This document shows positions 21,701-30,714 of a stretch of DNA of 64,000 nt, piece after piece. The stretch comes from Centroscyllium fabricii (lineage: Eukaryota). The stretch lies in assembly GCA_051313645.2 (NCBI GenBank), contig JBNRSN020000010.1:9424001-9488000 (forward strand), written 5' to 3'. Position numbers and translations under genes: made by a program. Below the pieces are notes generated by a model. The model was not told the DNA's origin. It ran no database searches and saw only the letters and a list, made by a program, of their open reading frames with translations. Numbering within the stretch: position 1 is the first letter of the stretch; each line of letters begins with the position of its first letter.

Positions 21701-24000
21701 TTGTACATGTGATCACACTGAAGTTGTTTATAATTTCCGGAAGAGTATTGCGGGAACTAACCACCATCAGCTAATTGATGATCTCCCTAGACATAGCGAC
21801 TGAACACCATTTTAATCAAGGTGTCCTGAAAGCAAAATATTGCATGTTGAAATTGTCATCTACTTGGGACGGAAAAAAATGAATAAAATATATGCTTTCA
21901 TCTTACACCCAGAACTTTCGGTTTTCCCATCTGTATTCCTGGATTGTTCACGCTTCTGTTTGGTGAAGGAGTCAGTGATCCTGTCCGTCTCTCCAAGGCT
22001 TCCCTCGTACCGGATTGTGGGTTAATATTGGGACTGACGAGGATTTCTTCCATGCTCAGTGAAGTTGCCATGATCCAAATAATGACTGGACAATCGACTC
22101 TTCGTGAATAAGAAGGTGGTTTCACTGCCATTAGGATGCCAATATTTGAATTAATAATGACTAAACAATGCTCGTTGTAATGTTAAAATCTGGCAAAGTA
22201 AGTGTGTGACATTTAACCTTACTGTCACCGAATCTCCAATTAATTTCTAAAAATTCGATTGAACCCATCAACATGACACCTTCATGTCATGTTCATAAGG
22301 GTATTACATTTGAATATTGACGAGCGCTCGTTTTCATGAATTATAAGCTGTGGACTTTAATAATTCACTTAAAAAAACTCGAAAAATTAAAGTTCTGAGG
22401 GAAACTTTCTACCCCGATTTGAAGTTTAGTCGGGGCAATGTATTGGAGCCAAATCGATCGCCGTATTTTTTCTGCGTTGGTGAAGCCCTTTATTCTGACT
22501 GATATTTGTCCTGAAATCGCATGCATCGACATTTATCGTGTGTTTCGCTATAATTTCCAAACAAAACCAATTTCCATTCAAACCTAGGCAATTATTTCAA
22601 GACAGCCTGGCGAACATCTCCTCATTTAAGTTCAAACCGCACTTTATATTTATAATAATAAAGCACATCATACCATGTGTCATTAATGTATGCGGTTACA
22701 CTGATATTTAACTAATTAGTTACATCAATGTTAAAATGAGTGTTTGATTTCGGCTGAATGTTCAGCCGTATTTTTACGTCTACATTGTGTTAAACGCAAT
22801 TTGAATAATCAGTATGTACAAATATTCTTACTGGACATGTTCCTTGTGTTTGTCGTGGAGAGGCAGATTTCAGAGCAAATAGCGTCAGTCTCTTCTAATT
22901 TCAAAAAACATGACCTCAAAAAGGCATTGTTATTTACTTGTTTCGTTCCAAAGAACATTGCTGCAAGAAGCAGATAGATACATATATTACATAGGAGTTA
23001 CAACGCAAAAAGCCGGGCCAGTCAGCCAAGCGGGGTCCTGTCGGTGTTTTACTTGGAAACAAGCCAATTGCATAAATAAATCTGAGCAAAAATAACAGAT
23101 TTGAAACCTGATACCTACGCTCTGTAAATAAAGATCTCATTCATACATTTCGGGTCCTGCACAGACTCGAAGGCCGAATGGCCTTCGTCTGTGCTGTAAT
23201 ATTCTATGATTATATAAGCGGTCGTGATGTTTACAACCACAGCTCGGAATTTCAATCCACAATCAGTACAGCAGGAAATTCTTAGTGTTAAATGGTATTT
23301 TTCCATCTGATCTCATGAACTGTTATTGATCGCCTGAGGGGGGCGCAGGGTTTTATTCCAGCTTATATTTTCCTTATTGGTCATGAGTTTTTTTACTCTG
23401 GTTGTTTTGCCACTCCCAGGAGATTACATGGCTGCGGGGTGTGAGTTGGGGACGTGCAGTGACGCCCCAGCCATCGTGGTGAGGGAAGGTTTGAACGAGC
23501 ATCTGTTCTTTCATCTTCTATTTCCTGACCACACATTGTGTGTTCGTGTGACAGTGAATATAATGGTTGGATTACATTTGTGGGTAGGAACTCAATTGAT
23601 AATTTCGGACTGAAGTTATCTATCAATCGCATAATATACCGTAATATTTATGCAGTAAAAAAAATCACTATTCGATAAACGTTGGGGCAATTTTTACATT
23701 GAGGGACAGAATAGAATGGGTTATCCCCCCCCCCCCCGCCAGATTTGCCATTCAATTAATCTCAGTGGAAAGGGGCATCTGGCAGGCTTGTAACTAGCGG
23801 CTAATTTCACAACGCCCATTTCACACCATCGCCCAACATTTAAATGTTCCCCATTGATCACATCATAATCCATGTCTCTGGTAAAATGAATTACATGGTC
23901 AATATGAAGACGGCTTAACTTACCCGTTGTTATCTGTCACCGATTGAGATGCTGCCTCCTTCTTCGGAGCTCGCGAGCCTTTCTGACTGGACATTGATTA
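1963..24000 (-). CDS. MS4A: MS4A (CD20-like, membrane-spanning 4-domain) family gene; spliced model, possibly partly decayed
   Basis: Coding exons at 22071-21907, 14788-14678, 10268-10212, 10137-10019, 6086-5961 and 2949-2905, with AG/GT boundaries. Motifs GKPKVLG|VIQILLGLI, WSGALS|FLISGSL and a TM4 LLVLHLLAILALLTTIVGSIF match the MS4A exon architecture with phase-0 junctions. The specific orthologue cannot be determined. Confidence 0.85.
2011..2855 (-). mobile_element. CR1 LINE 3' fragment inserted in the MS4A last exon
   Basis: Reversed (ttctatga)n-type tail 'atcatagaaccatagaat' at 2011, followed by degraded CR1 RT C-terminal sequence (reverse strand resembles LEHCVQLWIPHFRKD). Confidence 0.75.
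2905..2949 (-). CDS. MS4A: MS4A last coding exon (PTHEPTDQVNTLKQ*)
   Basis: Polypyrimidine acceptor tttactttcgcag, phase 0. Homologous to the paralogue exon FPDKPPDQANT at 52183. Confidence 0.75.
   Translation of the reverse strand, partial: PTHEPTDQVNTLKQ
3599..3824 (-). mobile_element. 5S rRNA-derived SINE (SINE3-like) with (AAG)n tail and 13-bp TSD
   Basis: The reverse strand reads gcccgatc...ctcggaagctaagcagagtcaggcctggtcagtacttggatgggagacc (5S internal control region), then about 100 bp of unique body and a caagaagaaga tail. The exact direct repeat agctttcaatact flanks it at 3586-3598 and 3825-3837. Confidence 0.85.
4150..5790 (+). mobile_element. Degraded CR1/L2-group LINE (RT and 3' end), distinct from the main CR1 family
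   Basis: ORF remnants YSRINLLTIISKLMD, ALDTNAAIERVRQQG, FADDCT, LGVTISNKLKWTKH and YKTQLRCLLEY. Ends in aataaaaa. Many stops and frameshifts. Confidence 0.85.
5961..6086 (-). CDS. MS4A: MS4A exon encoding TM4 (ISRSTPLLVLHLLAILALLTTIVGSIFEGKKLWKHSKIQVNQ)
   Basis: Acceptor gatccacag, donor CAG|gtttgt, 126 nt open in phase 0-0, with a hydrophobic helix. The paralogue at 49189 has FSIVGCK, resembling the MS4A SAFGCK motif. Confidence 0.8.
6772..7060 (-). mobile_element. CR1 3' tail fragment
   Basis: Reversed tail catagaatcatagaa and conserved CR1 3' UTR sequence. Confidence 0.6.
7060..7292 (+). mobile_element. 5'-truncated HE1/V-SINE-like element
   Basis: Near-identical to the 3' parts of the SINEs at 13095 and 33834 (tccaaagatgtgcgggttag...gaatggcggagcaggctcgaagggccgaatggcc). 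Confidence 0.8.
7293..8352. mobile_element. Non-autonomous DNA-transposon-like element with an internal tandem duplication
   Basis: Two similar units of about 300 bp (about 7320-7620 and 7715-8010: gcgggaaa..ggcacttcc...agcagcg...taaggcctgc.tttaa..agg.aagtgctgaat). The right end tctgggcc|aat resembles Harbinger-MITE termini. The left TIR was not found. Confidence 0.5.
8590..9060 (+). mobile_element. Degraded CR1 3' fragment
   Basis: Remnant of RLEKLGMVSLEQRTLRGNLINVFKIMK. Confidence 0.65.
10019..10137 (-). CDS. MS4A: Putative MS4A exon encoding TM3 and loop (xDAVRIMYVLETLPLTGIVLISGTPYNWVVSVMKLENCRV); 119 nt, 1 nt out of frame with the phase-0 flanking exons
   Basis: Lies 74 bp after exon 4, with acceptor aaatag and donor GTG|gtaaac. 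Aligns without gaps to the paralogue at 46579 (aactggaattgttc, tataat). The hydrophobic frame needs one extra nt. Confidence 0.55.
10212..10268 (-). CDS. MS4A: MS4A exon encoding TM2 (FLISGSLCCIMEKTSPTGL)
   Basis: Acceptor tttctttcacag, donor gtaagt, 57 nt. FLISGSL matches the MS4A hallmark FIISGSL. Confidence 0.88.
10530..10566 (-). ncRNA. Minimal type-I hammerhead ribozyme in the Penelope 3' repeat
   Basis: The reverse strand reads tcac CTGAGGA a ggagc agc gctcc GAAA gctt gtga. This gives a CUGANGA/GAAA core, stem II ggagc/gctcc, stem I tcac/gtga and palindromic aagctt at stem III. Confidence 0.75.
10910..12907 (-). CDS. Penelope reverse transcriptase with GIY-YIG endonuclease (665 aa)
   Basis: Motifs IKPADKGG, LPKIHK, RPIVS, MDVSALYTSI, GTAMGT, RYIDD, FLD and LYRKPT. 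Also a Cys cluster PCHSNLCKSC, VVYLICC...WYIGET and RMNGH. No internal stops. Confidence 0.95.
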   Translation of the reverse strand: MQQPKKKESNWTPPEGRCPKLDMYAQAVRRGINAKFISRTHKTVQNVNRAQRDTIRALKTNRNIVIKPADKGGAIVIQNRTDYCKEAYRQLDNQEHYRQLPADPTKEHTRQLNRLIKTFDPGFQNTLHTLIPRNPRMGDFYCLPKIHKANTPGRPIVSGSGTLCENLSGYIEGILKPIVQRTPSFCRDTTDFLQKLSTHGSVEPGTLLATMDVSALYTSIPHDDGIAATASVLNTNNSQSPDIILQLIRFILDHNVFTFDNNFFTQTHGTAMGTKFAPEYANIFMHKFEQDFFATQYLQPTLYTRYIDDIFLLWTHGEESLKRLHDNINKFHPTIKLTMDYSSESVSFLDTRISIKNGCLSTSLYRKPTDNLRMLHYSSFHPNHVKEAIPYGQALRIHRICSDEEERDRHLQTLKDALVRTGYDTRLIDRQFRRARTKNRVDLLRRQTRDTTNRVPFVVQYFPGAEKLRHVLRSLQHVIDDDEHLAKAIPAPPLLAFKQPPNLKQTIVRSKLPSLQENSNHDTTQPCHSNLCKSCQIISTDTIITREDTTHQVHGTYSCNSTNVVYLICCRKGCPGAWYIGETMQTLQQRMNGHRATIARQECSLPVGEHFSGQGHSASDLRVSILQGGLQDTRQRKIVEQRLIAKFRTHEHGLNRDIGFMSRYM
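13095..13513 (+). mobile_element. Full-length tRNA-derived HE1/V-SINE-like SINE
   Basis: A box tggcacagtgg and B box ggttcaaatcc. V-domain tgtgtggagtttgcacattctcc...gtctgcgtgggtttcctccgggtgctccgg. CR1-derived tail ending in ttctatgt repeats. Confidence 0.88.
13760..14350 (+). mobile_element. CR1 3' fragment
   Basis: ALVRPQLDYCVQ, EFRRMRGDLIET and a CR1 3' UTR. Confidence 0.8.
14678..14788 (-). CDS. MS4A: MS4A exon encoding TM1 (VIQILLGLIFIIIWMLFMMSPRSVTGSHRTHWSGALS)
   Basis: Acceptor ctcctgtttcag, donor gtgagt, 111 nt open in phase 0-0. Matches the MS4A pattern xxQIxxGL...WxG. Confidence 0.88.
14859..15945. mobile_element. PIF/Harbinger-type MITE (copy 1)
   Basis: TIRs gggccctgtcttcctgtg / cacaggaaggcagggccc, 3-bp TSD AAT at 14856-14858 and 15946-15948, and internal palindromic arrays. 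Confidence 0.88.
16330..20430 (+). mobile_element. CR1 LINE ORF2 remnant interrupted by an antisense CR1
   Basis: LKVDKSLGQDDLHPRVVKE at about 16760. The RT continues at 19030-20236 (RPVSLTSV, QHGFMKG, YSLEFRRMRGDLIE). Confidence 0.8.
16897..19010 (-). mobile_element. CR1 LINE (RT and 3' end) nested in another CR1
   Basis: Minus-strand ORFs GVPQGSVLVP and YRALVRPHLEYCVQF. Tail at about 16900. Confidence 0.88.
20787..21199 (+). mobile_element. Possible solo LTR
   Basis: Begins TGTA and ends GACA, about 413 bp, with an internal AATAAA about 85 bp from the 3' end. The flanking 5-mers aagtc/atggc match at only 3 of 5 positions. Confidence 0.4.
21240..21630 (+). mobile_element. 3' fragment of the CR1/L2-group LINE family seen at 4150-5790
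   Basis: Shares caggatgcactgcagcaaatcg and the tail motif ...gacccatatcc...aataa. Confidence 0.65.
21907..22071 (-). CDS. MS4A: MS4A first coding exon (MATSLSMEE...GIQMGKPKVLG)
   Basis: ATG in atcATGG context 14 nt after the acceptor ttgtccag (exon starts at 22085). 55 open codons end in GKPKVLG|gtaaga, matching the MS4A GEPKALG exon end. Confidence 0.88.
23924..24000 (-). other. Putative non-coding exon 1 of the minus-strand MS4A gene
   Basis: Strong donor CGG|gtaagt at 23923, in non-repeat sequence just downstream of a GC-box cluster. The start position is approximate. Confidence 0.45.
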
Positions 24001-24035
24001 ACACTGCGTGGTGTGACTGATATGATCGGTTAGCT

Positions 24036-24078
24036 GGGGCGGTGGGGGCGGGTGTGGGGACGGGGTGGGGGGAGGAGT
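24036..24078. promoter_or_regulatory. GC-box / G-tract cluster, candidate MS4A promoter
   Basis: ggggcggtgggggcgggtgtggggacggggtggggggagg contains two GGGCGG Sp/KLF motifs and six G-runs. Confidence 0.45.
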
Positions 24079-24464
24079 TGGGCCCTGTTCACTCACTAGC
24101 TTCTCAAAGCACCAGTCCAAACATTTTATCTTCTCTGCAGCTGTTTTCGTCAGTTCAGTTCCGTGAAGAACAGCTGGTATTTGAAGGAAAGAATGAAGGA
24201 ACGCTGACGTGTAATGTGAGTCTGAATATTACACTTGGTTATATCACTGTAGATACGCTTCTTTTGTCTGTACTGATAGTTATTTTATCGGAAGACTCAA
24301 CGTTTGAAGTGAAGGAATAGCCGCTAGCTTTGTACAGTACATTTTCAATAATCACTGATGAGACAATTATCTCAAAATAATTTCCGAACGATAATATGTT
24401 ATCTTGTACATTGTCTTACGAAACCAATTACCATATTAACATATTAATCCGCTCAATTATTTGT

Positions 24465-24850
24465 ATTCATTCTAGGCATGTGGGCGTCGCTGGCAATAAC
24501 GCCATTTAATGCCCATCCCGAGTTTTCCTAGATACAGCTGATAGGCTCACTAGGCAACTTCAGAGGGGCCGTTAAGGCTCAGCTATTGTTTTGGGACTGC
24601 AGTCACACAGATGCCCAGACGCGGTAAGTAATGCAGATGTCCTTCTCTAAAGGTCATCCGTGAAACAATTGTGCTTGTAACACATTTCGATTGGTTCATG
24701 ATTCGTTTTACTGATGTCAGCTTTTTATTTCTCGAATTTTCAGAAACCGAATTTAAATTATCAAGCTGATACGGTGAGATTTCAGCTCTAGATTATTGCT
24801 AGAGGACACCAAGACAGTAGTCCAGTAAAATATGTATGACATTACCATAC
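24465..24850 (-). mobile_element. Degraded tRNA-like SINE with a tail from the 4150-5790 LINE family
   Basis: Reverse tail gatgggcattaaat...ccagcgacgcccacatgcc. The body is similar to 42560-42985. Confidence 0.55.
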
Positions 24851-25069
24851 CCGAGAAATTTGGCTGAACTTTGATATTATTGATCAAGCACTAGAATCAG
24901 TTGTTCGTGTTCTCTGATCTTATGATATTGCGAGACTCTGAGTTATTAAGTATGTATATATATAAATCCCAAACATATTCTGTATAAACGGTGACGTAAT
25001 TTATTTACCTTTCGGGCTTGGATTGAAGAAAAATATCAGGGCTTTGAATTCACTCTTCCCCCCATTTAA

Positions 25070-25835
25070 TGTCACCCGTAGCTCAGCTGGTAGCACTCTC
25101 GCCTCTGAATTAGAAGGTTATCGGTTAAAATACCACTCCAGAGCCTTGAGCACAACATAACTTGGCTGCCACTCCAGGGAAATGCTGCACTGTCGGAGGT
25201 GGTGTGTTACAGATGTTAAATATGCTACGAAGGATATGCGAAAAAGAAACAGGCCATGCAGGCATTTATGCTCCACTTCAATTCCCTCCAGTCTTTGATG
25301 AACTAATTTTTTCATCACAAGTCTCTATTCCATTGTTCCTCATTCCCTTGTTCAGCCTCACCATAAAACCATCTATACTACTGGCATCAACCACTCGCTT
25401 TGGTAGAGAGTTCAACATTCTCACCACTCTCTGTGTTACGACGTTTATTCCTGAATTACCTATGTGATTTTTTTGTGACTACCTTATATTGAAGTCCTCC
25501 AGTTATGCTATTCCCCACAAATGGAAACACTGTTATGTTGAGACATTAGCCCAAGGGTCCTCTAAATGTATTGAAAATATGCCTGAGCGCTATTTCGAAG
25601 AAGAGCAGGGGAAATAAACTCGGTGGCCTGGCCAATATTGATCTCTCAAAAAAATCACTGAAAACTGTTTATTTAGTCATTACCACGATGCTTTGTGTGG
25701 GTGTTTGCAGTTTGCATATTTGCTGCTGCCTTTCCTACTTACAATAGTTACTATACTTGAAAAATAAACATTTATTGGATGTAAACGTCCGGTGGTGGAG
25801 AACGGTGCTATATACAAGACTTTATTTTTGTTACC
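25070..25835 (+). mobile_element. Deu-domain SINE (SacSINE1-like) interrupted by a CR1 fragment at about 25225-25530
   Basis: tRNA head tagctcagctggtagcactctcgcctctga. Deu core gctgcactgtcggaggt...ttcgaagaagagcagggg...ctggccaatatt. L2-like tail gctatata. Confidence 0.7.
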
Positions 25836-26079
25836 TTTTTTTCTGCCAGGGCTGTTGAAATTGGAAGTTAGTTTCTCACCGCCTGAATGCAGATTTTCGG
25901 TAATCTCAGTGTATTTCAGAGAAATGGGCTGTGTCGGCAGCTGCCGCTGCATTTCACTTCGGCAGTTGAAGTGAGCCAAGTGGAGAATATCACAGTTGGG
26001 TAGAATCTCGGGAATAGTCACCATAGTATCAAAATGTATAGAGTAGCTATTGAGAAGAACTACACAAAATAAAAACAAA

Positions 26080-29000
26080 CTTCACTGGAGGAGGGATATT
26101 TTCAGTTAATTGAGGAGGAATCTGTCCCGGGTAAACTGGAGTCAATGTATGTTGGAACAATGGACGGACTTTAAAAGAGAGATGTTTCGGGTACAGTCTA
26201 GGTGCATTCCCACAAGGGAGAAAGGGAGGGTGACCTAATCTAGCTCCCTGGTTGACGAAGGGTTTAGACTAGGATGAACTTTCATATTACAAGCGAGAAT
26301 CAGGTTGAATATGAAATAGCAAAGAGATGAATTGAAAAATGAAATAATAGAGGGAAACTGACAGTGCGAAAATAGATTGACGCCTAACATAGAAAGGGAA
26401 ACCAAATGTTTCATGTCGCCATACTAAAATATAATTTTTGTCACATGAGCGGTAGGGCAAATTGTGCAAAAATGTGAACTATTGGTAGATGCAGAAGGCA
26501 TTTCTGAGGTATTAAATGAGTACTAGGCATCAGTGTTTACCCAGAAGAAGACTTTGCCAAAGGTAAAATAAACACGTAGAATACTACCTGAGATAAAACA
26601 GGTAAAGGGGATGTACTAGAAAGACTGGGTTTAGCTAAATTAGATAAGTCAGCCGGTCTGGATGGGATCCATTCTATTTTTCTGAGGGAAGTAAAGTTGA
26701 AATTGCCGCATTGCTGCCCAACTTTTTTTCAATCCTCAGTAGATACATATCGATTCATGGCTCAGAAGGGGGCCATTTGTCTAGTCGATTACGTGCCGTC
26801 GAAAAAGATCGACCATGCCTGATTCCACTTTCCAGCTTTTGCCCTGTAGCCATGTAGGTTACAGCACTTCACGTCCATATCCAAGTACTGTTAAAATGTA
26901 ATGAGTGTTTCAGCCGCTACCGCATTTTCAGGTACTAAGCTCCAAAACCACACTGCCCTCTGGTTTAACAGCGTTCTCCTGATCTGCTCTCTAATCCTTC
27001 TACCTAATATATGAACTCGATGCCCCCTTGGTATTTCCCCATCTTCTGGATAAATAAGGCTTTCCTCTCTGATTGATATAGCCTCCTCATAATTGTATAC
27101 ACCTCAATCAATTCTCCACTTAGACTCCTCTGTTCCAAAGAAGACAACCACAGCCTATCCAATCTTTTCTCATAGGTAGAGTTATCCATCCCTGGCAACA
27201 GCCTCGTAACTCTCCTCTCGCAGACTCCAGTACAATCACGTTTTCCATGTATTATGGTGACCTGAACTGTACGCCGTACTGTCGCTGTGGCTTAGTTAAT
27301 GTTTATGCATTCCAAGCTCCCAGCTCTTATATGTAATGGTTCAGCTAATAAATCAATGTATCCATAATGCCTTCTTAACCAAACTTTTCTGCCTGTCCTG
27401 CTACCTTCAGCGATCTGTGGACATGTACTCCAAAGGCCCACTTTTCCTCTACTTTCTACAGTATCCTACATTTCATTATGTATTACCTTGGCTTGTTAGC
27501 CCGTGCCAAAGACATTACATCACACTTCACCAATTGAATTCCAGTTGCCACTTTCTTGCCCATCTGCCCAGCCATTGATATCTTCCGGCAGTCCACAGCT
27601 TTCATCCTCACTATCAACCACACGGCTATTTTTGTATCATCTATAAAACGACTTCATCATGATACCTACTTTGAATGCTAAAACAATGATATACACCACA
27701 AAAGTCAAGGGACCTTCCATTTAGCCTGCGAAACCCAATTGGAAACAGACCTCCAGTCACGAAAACATCCGTCAATCATTACATTTTCATTCCTGCAACT
27801 GAGCCAATTATGGTTCAAACTTGCCAGTTACAGAGGTTGTGCCAACGGACAGGACGATTGTAAATGTTGATTCTTTGTTCAAAAAAGGGAACAGGATGGC
27901 AAATACAAACAAGCCAGTTTAACGTCTGTGGTGCGGAATCCCAGAGATGATTACTAGCCACTTTGAGAATCATGGATGATAAAGGAGAGCTTGCAATGAT
28001 ATGTTAATGAAAAGTCCTGTTTGGTCATTGTTGAGGGAGTTGTCTTATGAAGTGTCAGAATGGGTTGAAAATGGAAGTACAGTGTAAATATGGACTTTTA
28101 AAAGGCTTTGAGAAATAACAAATATTTGGCTTGTTAGCAAAATTGAAACTCGTGGGATAATTATCAGTTGCCCCATAGATACAACATTTGCAAAGTGATG
28201 GAACTCAGAGAGTTGTGATGAATGGCTCGTTTTTGGAATCGAGAGAAATTTTTATTTTCATTGAGTAGGATGCAGTACTAGGACCACTCCTAATATATAT
28301 ATATATATATATACATACATTACTGGCTTGAACTTGGCCTTACAGGATATAATATCGACATTTTCAGTTGGACGTTTAGTAAACAGTGAGTAAGTTAGGA
28401 ATAGTTTCAGGAGGACATAGTCAGTCTGGTGCACTGGGTGCACATATGGCATATGAAATTCAACGCAGAAAATTGTGAGCTGATCCATTTCAGTAGGAAT
28501 AATGAGGAGCGGCAATAAAAGATAAATTGTACAATTTTAGAAGGGTTGCTGGAATAGAGTGTGCTAAGCGCATTTGTGCAAATATTTGAAGGTGTCCGTT
28601 TATGCTAATTAAGCAATTATTTAAGCACATGGGTTCCTGGGTTTTATAAATAGAGTAAAAAGCCAGGGACCTATTTGGAATTTGTATCAAACACTCGATC
28701 GGTATCAACGTGAATATTGTGTCCAATTCTGAACACAACACTTCAGAAGGATCTGAAGTCTTTGGAGAGTTTACAGAGGAAATTTACTAGAATTGTTCAA
28801 GGGACGAGGGATGAGTGTCACGTGGTCATGTTAGTGATGCTGTGATTGTTCACCCCCAGAGCAGAAAATGTTATACAGAGATTAGTCAGAAAGATCGAAA
28901 TATAGATAGAGTAAATAAAGCGAAAATGTTGCCAAGGAATTATGAATCGATAACCTGAGGGCACAGATTAAAGTACTTGTCAAAAGTACGAGAGGCGATA

Positions 29001-29220
29001 TGAAGGTAAACGTTAATGTAATATGTGGTTAGGACTTGGAACGCACTGTTGGTAGGGTAGAGGAAACAGATTCAATTGTAGCTTTCAAATGGGAAATTGA
29101 CAAAAAATTTGAAGGAGAAAGATTTGCAGGGATATGGAAAAAGAGCGGGGAGTGGGGCCGAATTGATTGCTCTTCGAGGCAGCCGGCACGGAATGCATAG
29201 ACCGAATGAACTCCATTTGC
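26080..29220 (+). mobile_element. Degraded CR1 ORF2 remnant with a nested antisense CR1 at about 26750-27830
   Basis: Pre-RT and RT remnants (LDKSAGLDGIH; MKFNAENCE). The minus-strand ORF MPGMDNSTYEKRLDRLWLSSLEQR lies at 27004-27198. Confidence 0.7.
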
Positions 29221-29269
29221 ACTGTTCAATTCGTTGATGCCATTTAAACGTCAACGGCCATTGGAGTAA

Positions 29270-29500
29270 AGAACTTGCATTTCTATCGCTGTTTCACCAT
29301 CTGGCCACCAACGCACTTTACAGCAAATTAAGTACTTTTGATGTGAAGTCACTGCTGTGATGTAGGAAGGGTGACAGATACCTTGCACACTGCACGGACT
29401 CTGGAACAGTAACGTGATAATGAACACATAAACTGTTTTATAGTGAATTTGGTTGATGGGTACATATTGGTTGAAGGACAGCAGAGAGAACTCCTCTGCT
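29270..29500 (-). mobile_element. Deu-SINE 3' fragment
   Basis: Reverse complement of the tail seen at 25600-25830 (cttgcatttctatcgc...cactttacagcaaattaagtacttttga). Confidence 0.6.
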
Positions 29501-30714
29501 CTACTTCCAAATTGACGGAGACTGTCTGTAAAGTCAACGGTGACTATGCAATCACTGACCAAGTGCTGACTCTTGTTTACCGGGAATGCAAAATAAACAA
29601 ACATTTTCTTTTCAGCTGCTTAACCATGTGGCCAATTCTTCTCTGCAAGGGCAGAGTACGCTTTAGTTAGATAATGGCGGAATTCAAGGTGTCAGCACTC
29701 TGGCACTGACGCATTACTTGATTATACTATTTTTATTTATTTTTCACAACGAAATGTGACAGACAACTACCTGCACGGGCAGAGTTGGCCGAATGGCCTC
29801 CATTTGTCCTGCACCTTTGTCTGATCCCATTTAGTTGAGGAATAGTGATGTTTTTGCCCTCGTGGTTTACGGTTTACAGTGATGATTTTAACAAGTAATT
29901 GTCTGATTGTGAGAACGAGTGAACATTAGGTATTTTGCTTCATGTTCTCACCTTTGCACGCTGCACACAATCAGTCAAAAACCAACTGGGTTAATGTGGT
30001 GATCGAAAATGTGACTCTAAGAAGGCAGCACACGCACCTCCGCATGACATTATCTGGGTCAGGCCTGTGCTTTGCAGCAGTTTCCGCACGTTGTCGATTG
30101 CAAACTAACGGCAGCCAGTGGTTTCAGCAGTTGCATATCTGTTAGATGTTTGCAATTTGAGTTTAAGTTGAATCGAGTCTATTTACGTATAAAAACAGTG
30201 AAGCAGAGTGCTGGTTACAGTTTTTTGTTCATTTATTTTGAACTTAGTCAGTTTGCGTCCTGTTGAAATGTTGCAAGGATTTCTGCTGACTACTAATATT
30301 GATCTGATGTCTCAGTTTGAGCGCCCCGGGTCCCAATTTCGTTCAATGGTCTATGATCTGAATTTTGCCCCAATCTTTCATTCAAGCGCATACATCAGTT
30401 GTTGGACAAATGCTTCAAATCAAGAATCCGAGAAAAAATTAGTGACGATTTAGCAATGTCCAGGTTAATTGATGGGCTGTCTGCATGGATTTAAGAAAGT
30501 CAAGTCATGTTTGAGAAATTGTACAGATTCATTTAAAAAGTAACCTACTGCATATATGGATGGAATTAAGTAAATTCATTGCAAATTTTAGTCATGTTTT
30601 AATAATGGACTCCAAAAAAGGCGTGTTTGGATCATTCGAAAATTCACGGACAGGAAGCGGCCTACTTGTTATTCCACATTCCCTTGCAGTTGTGATGCCT
30701 CGTGCATAGAAATA

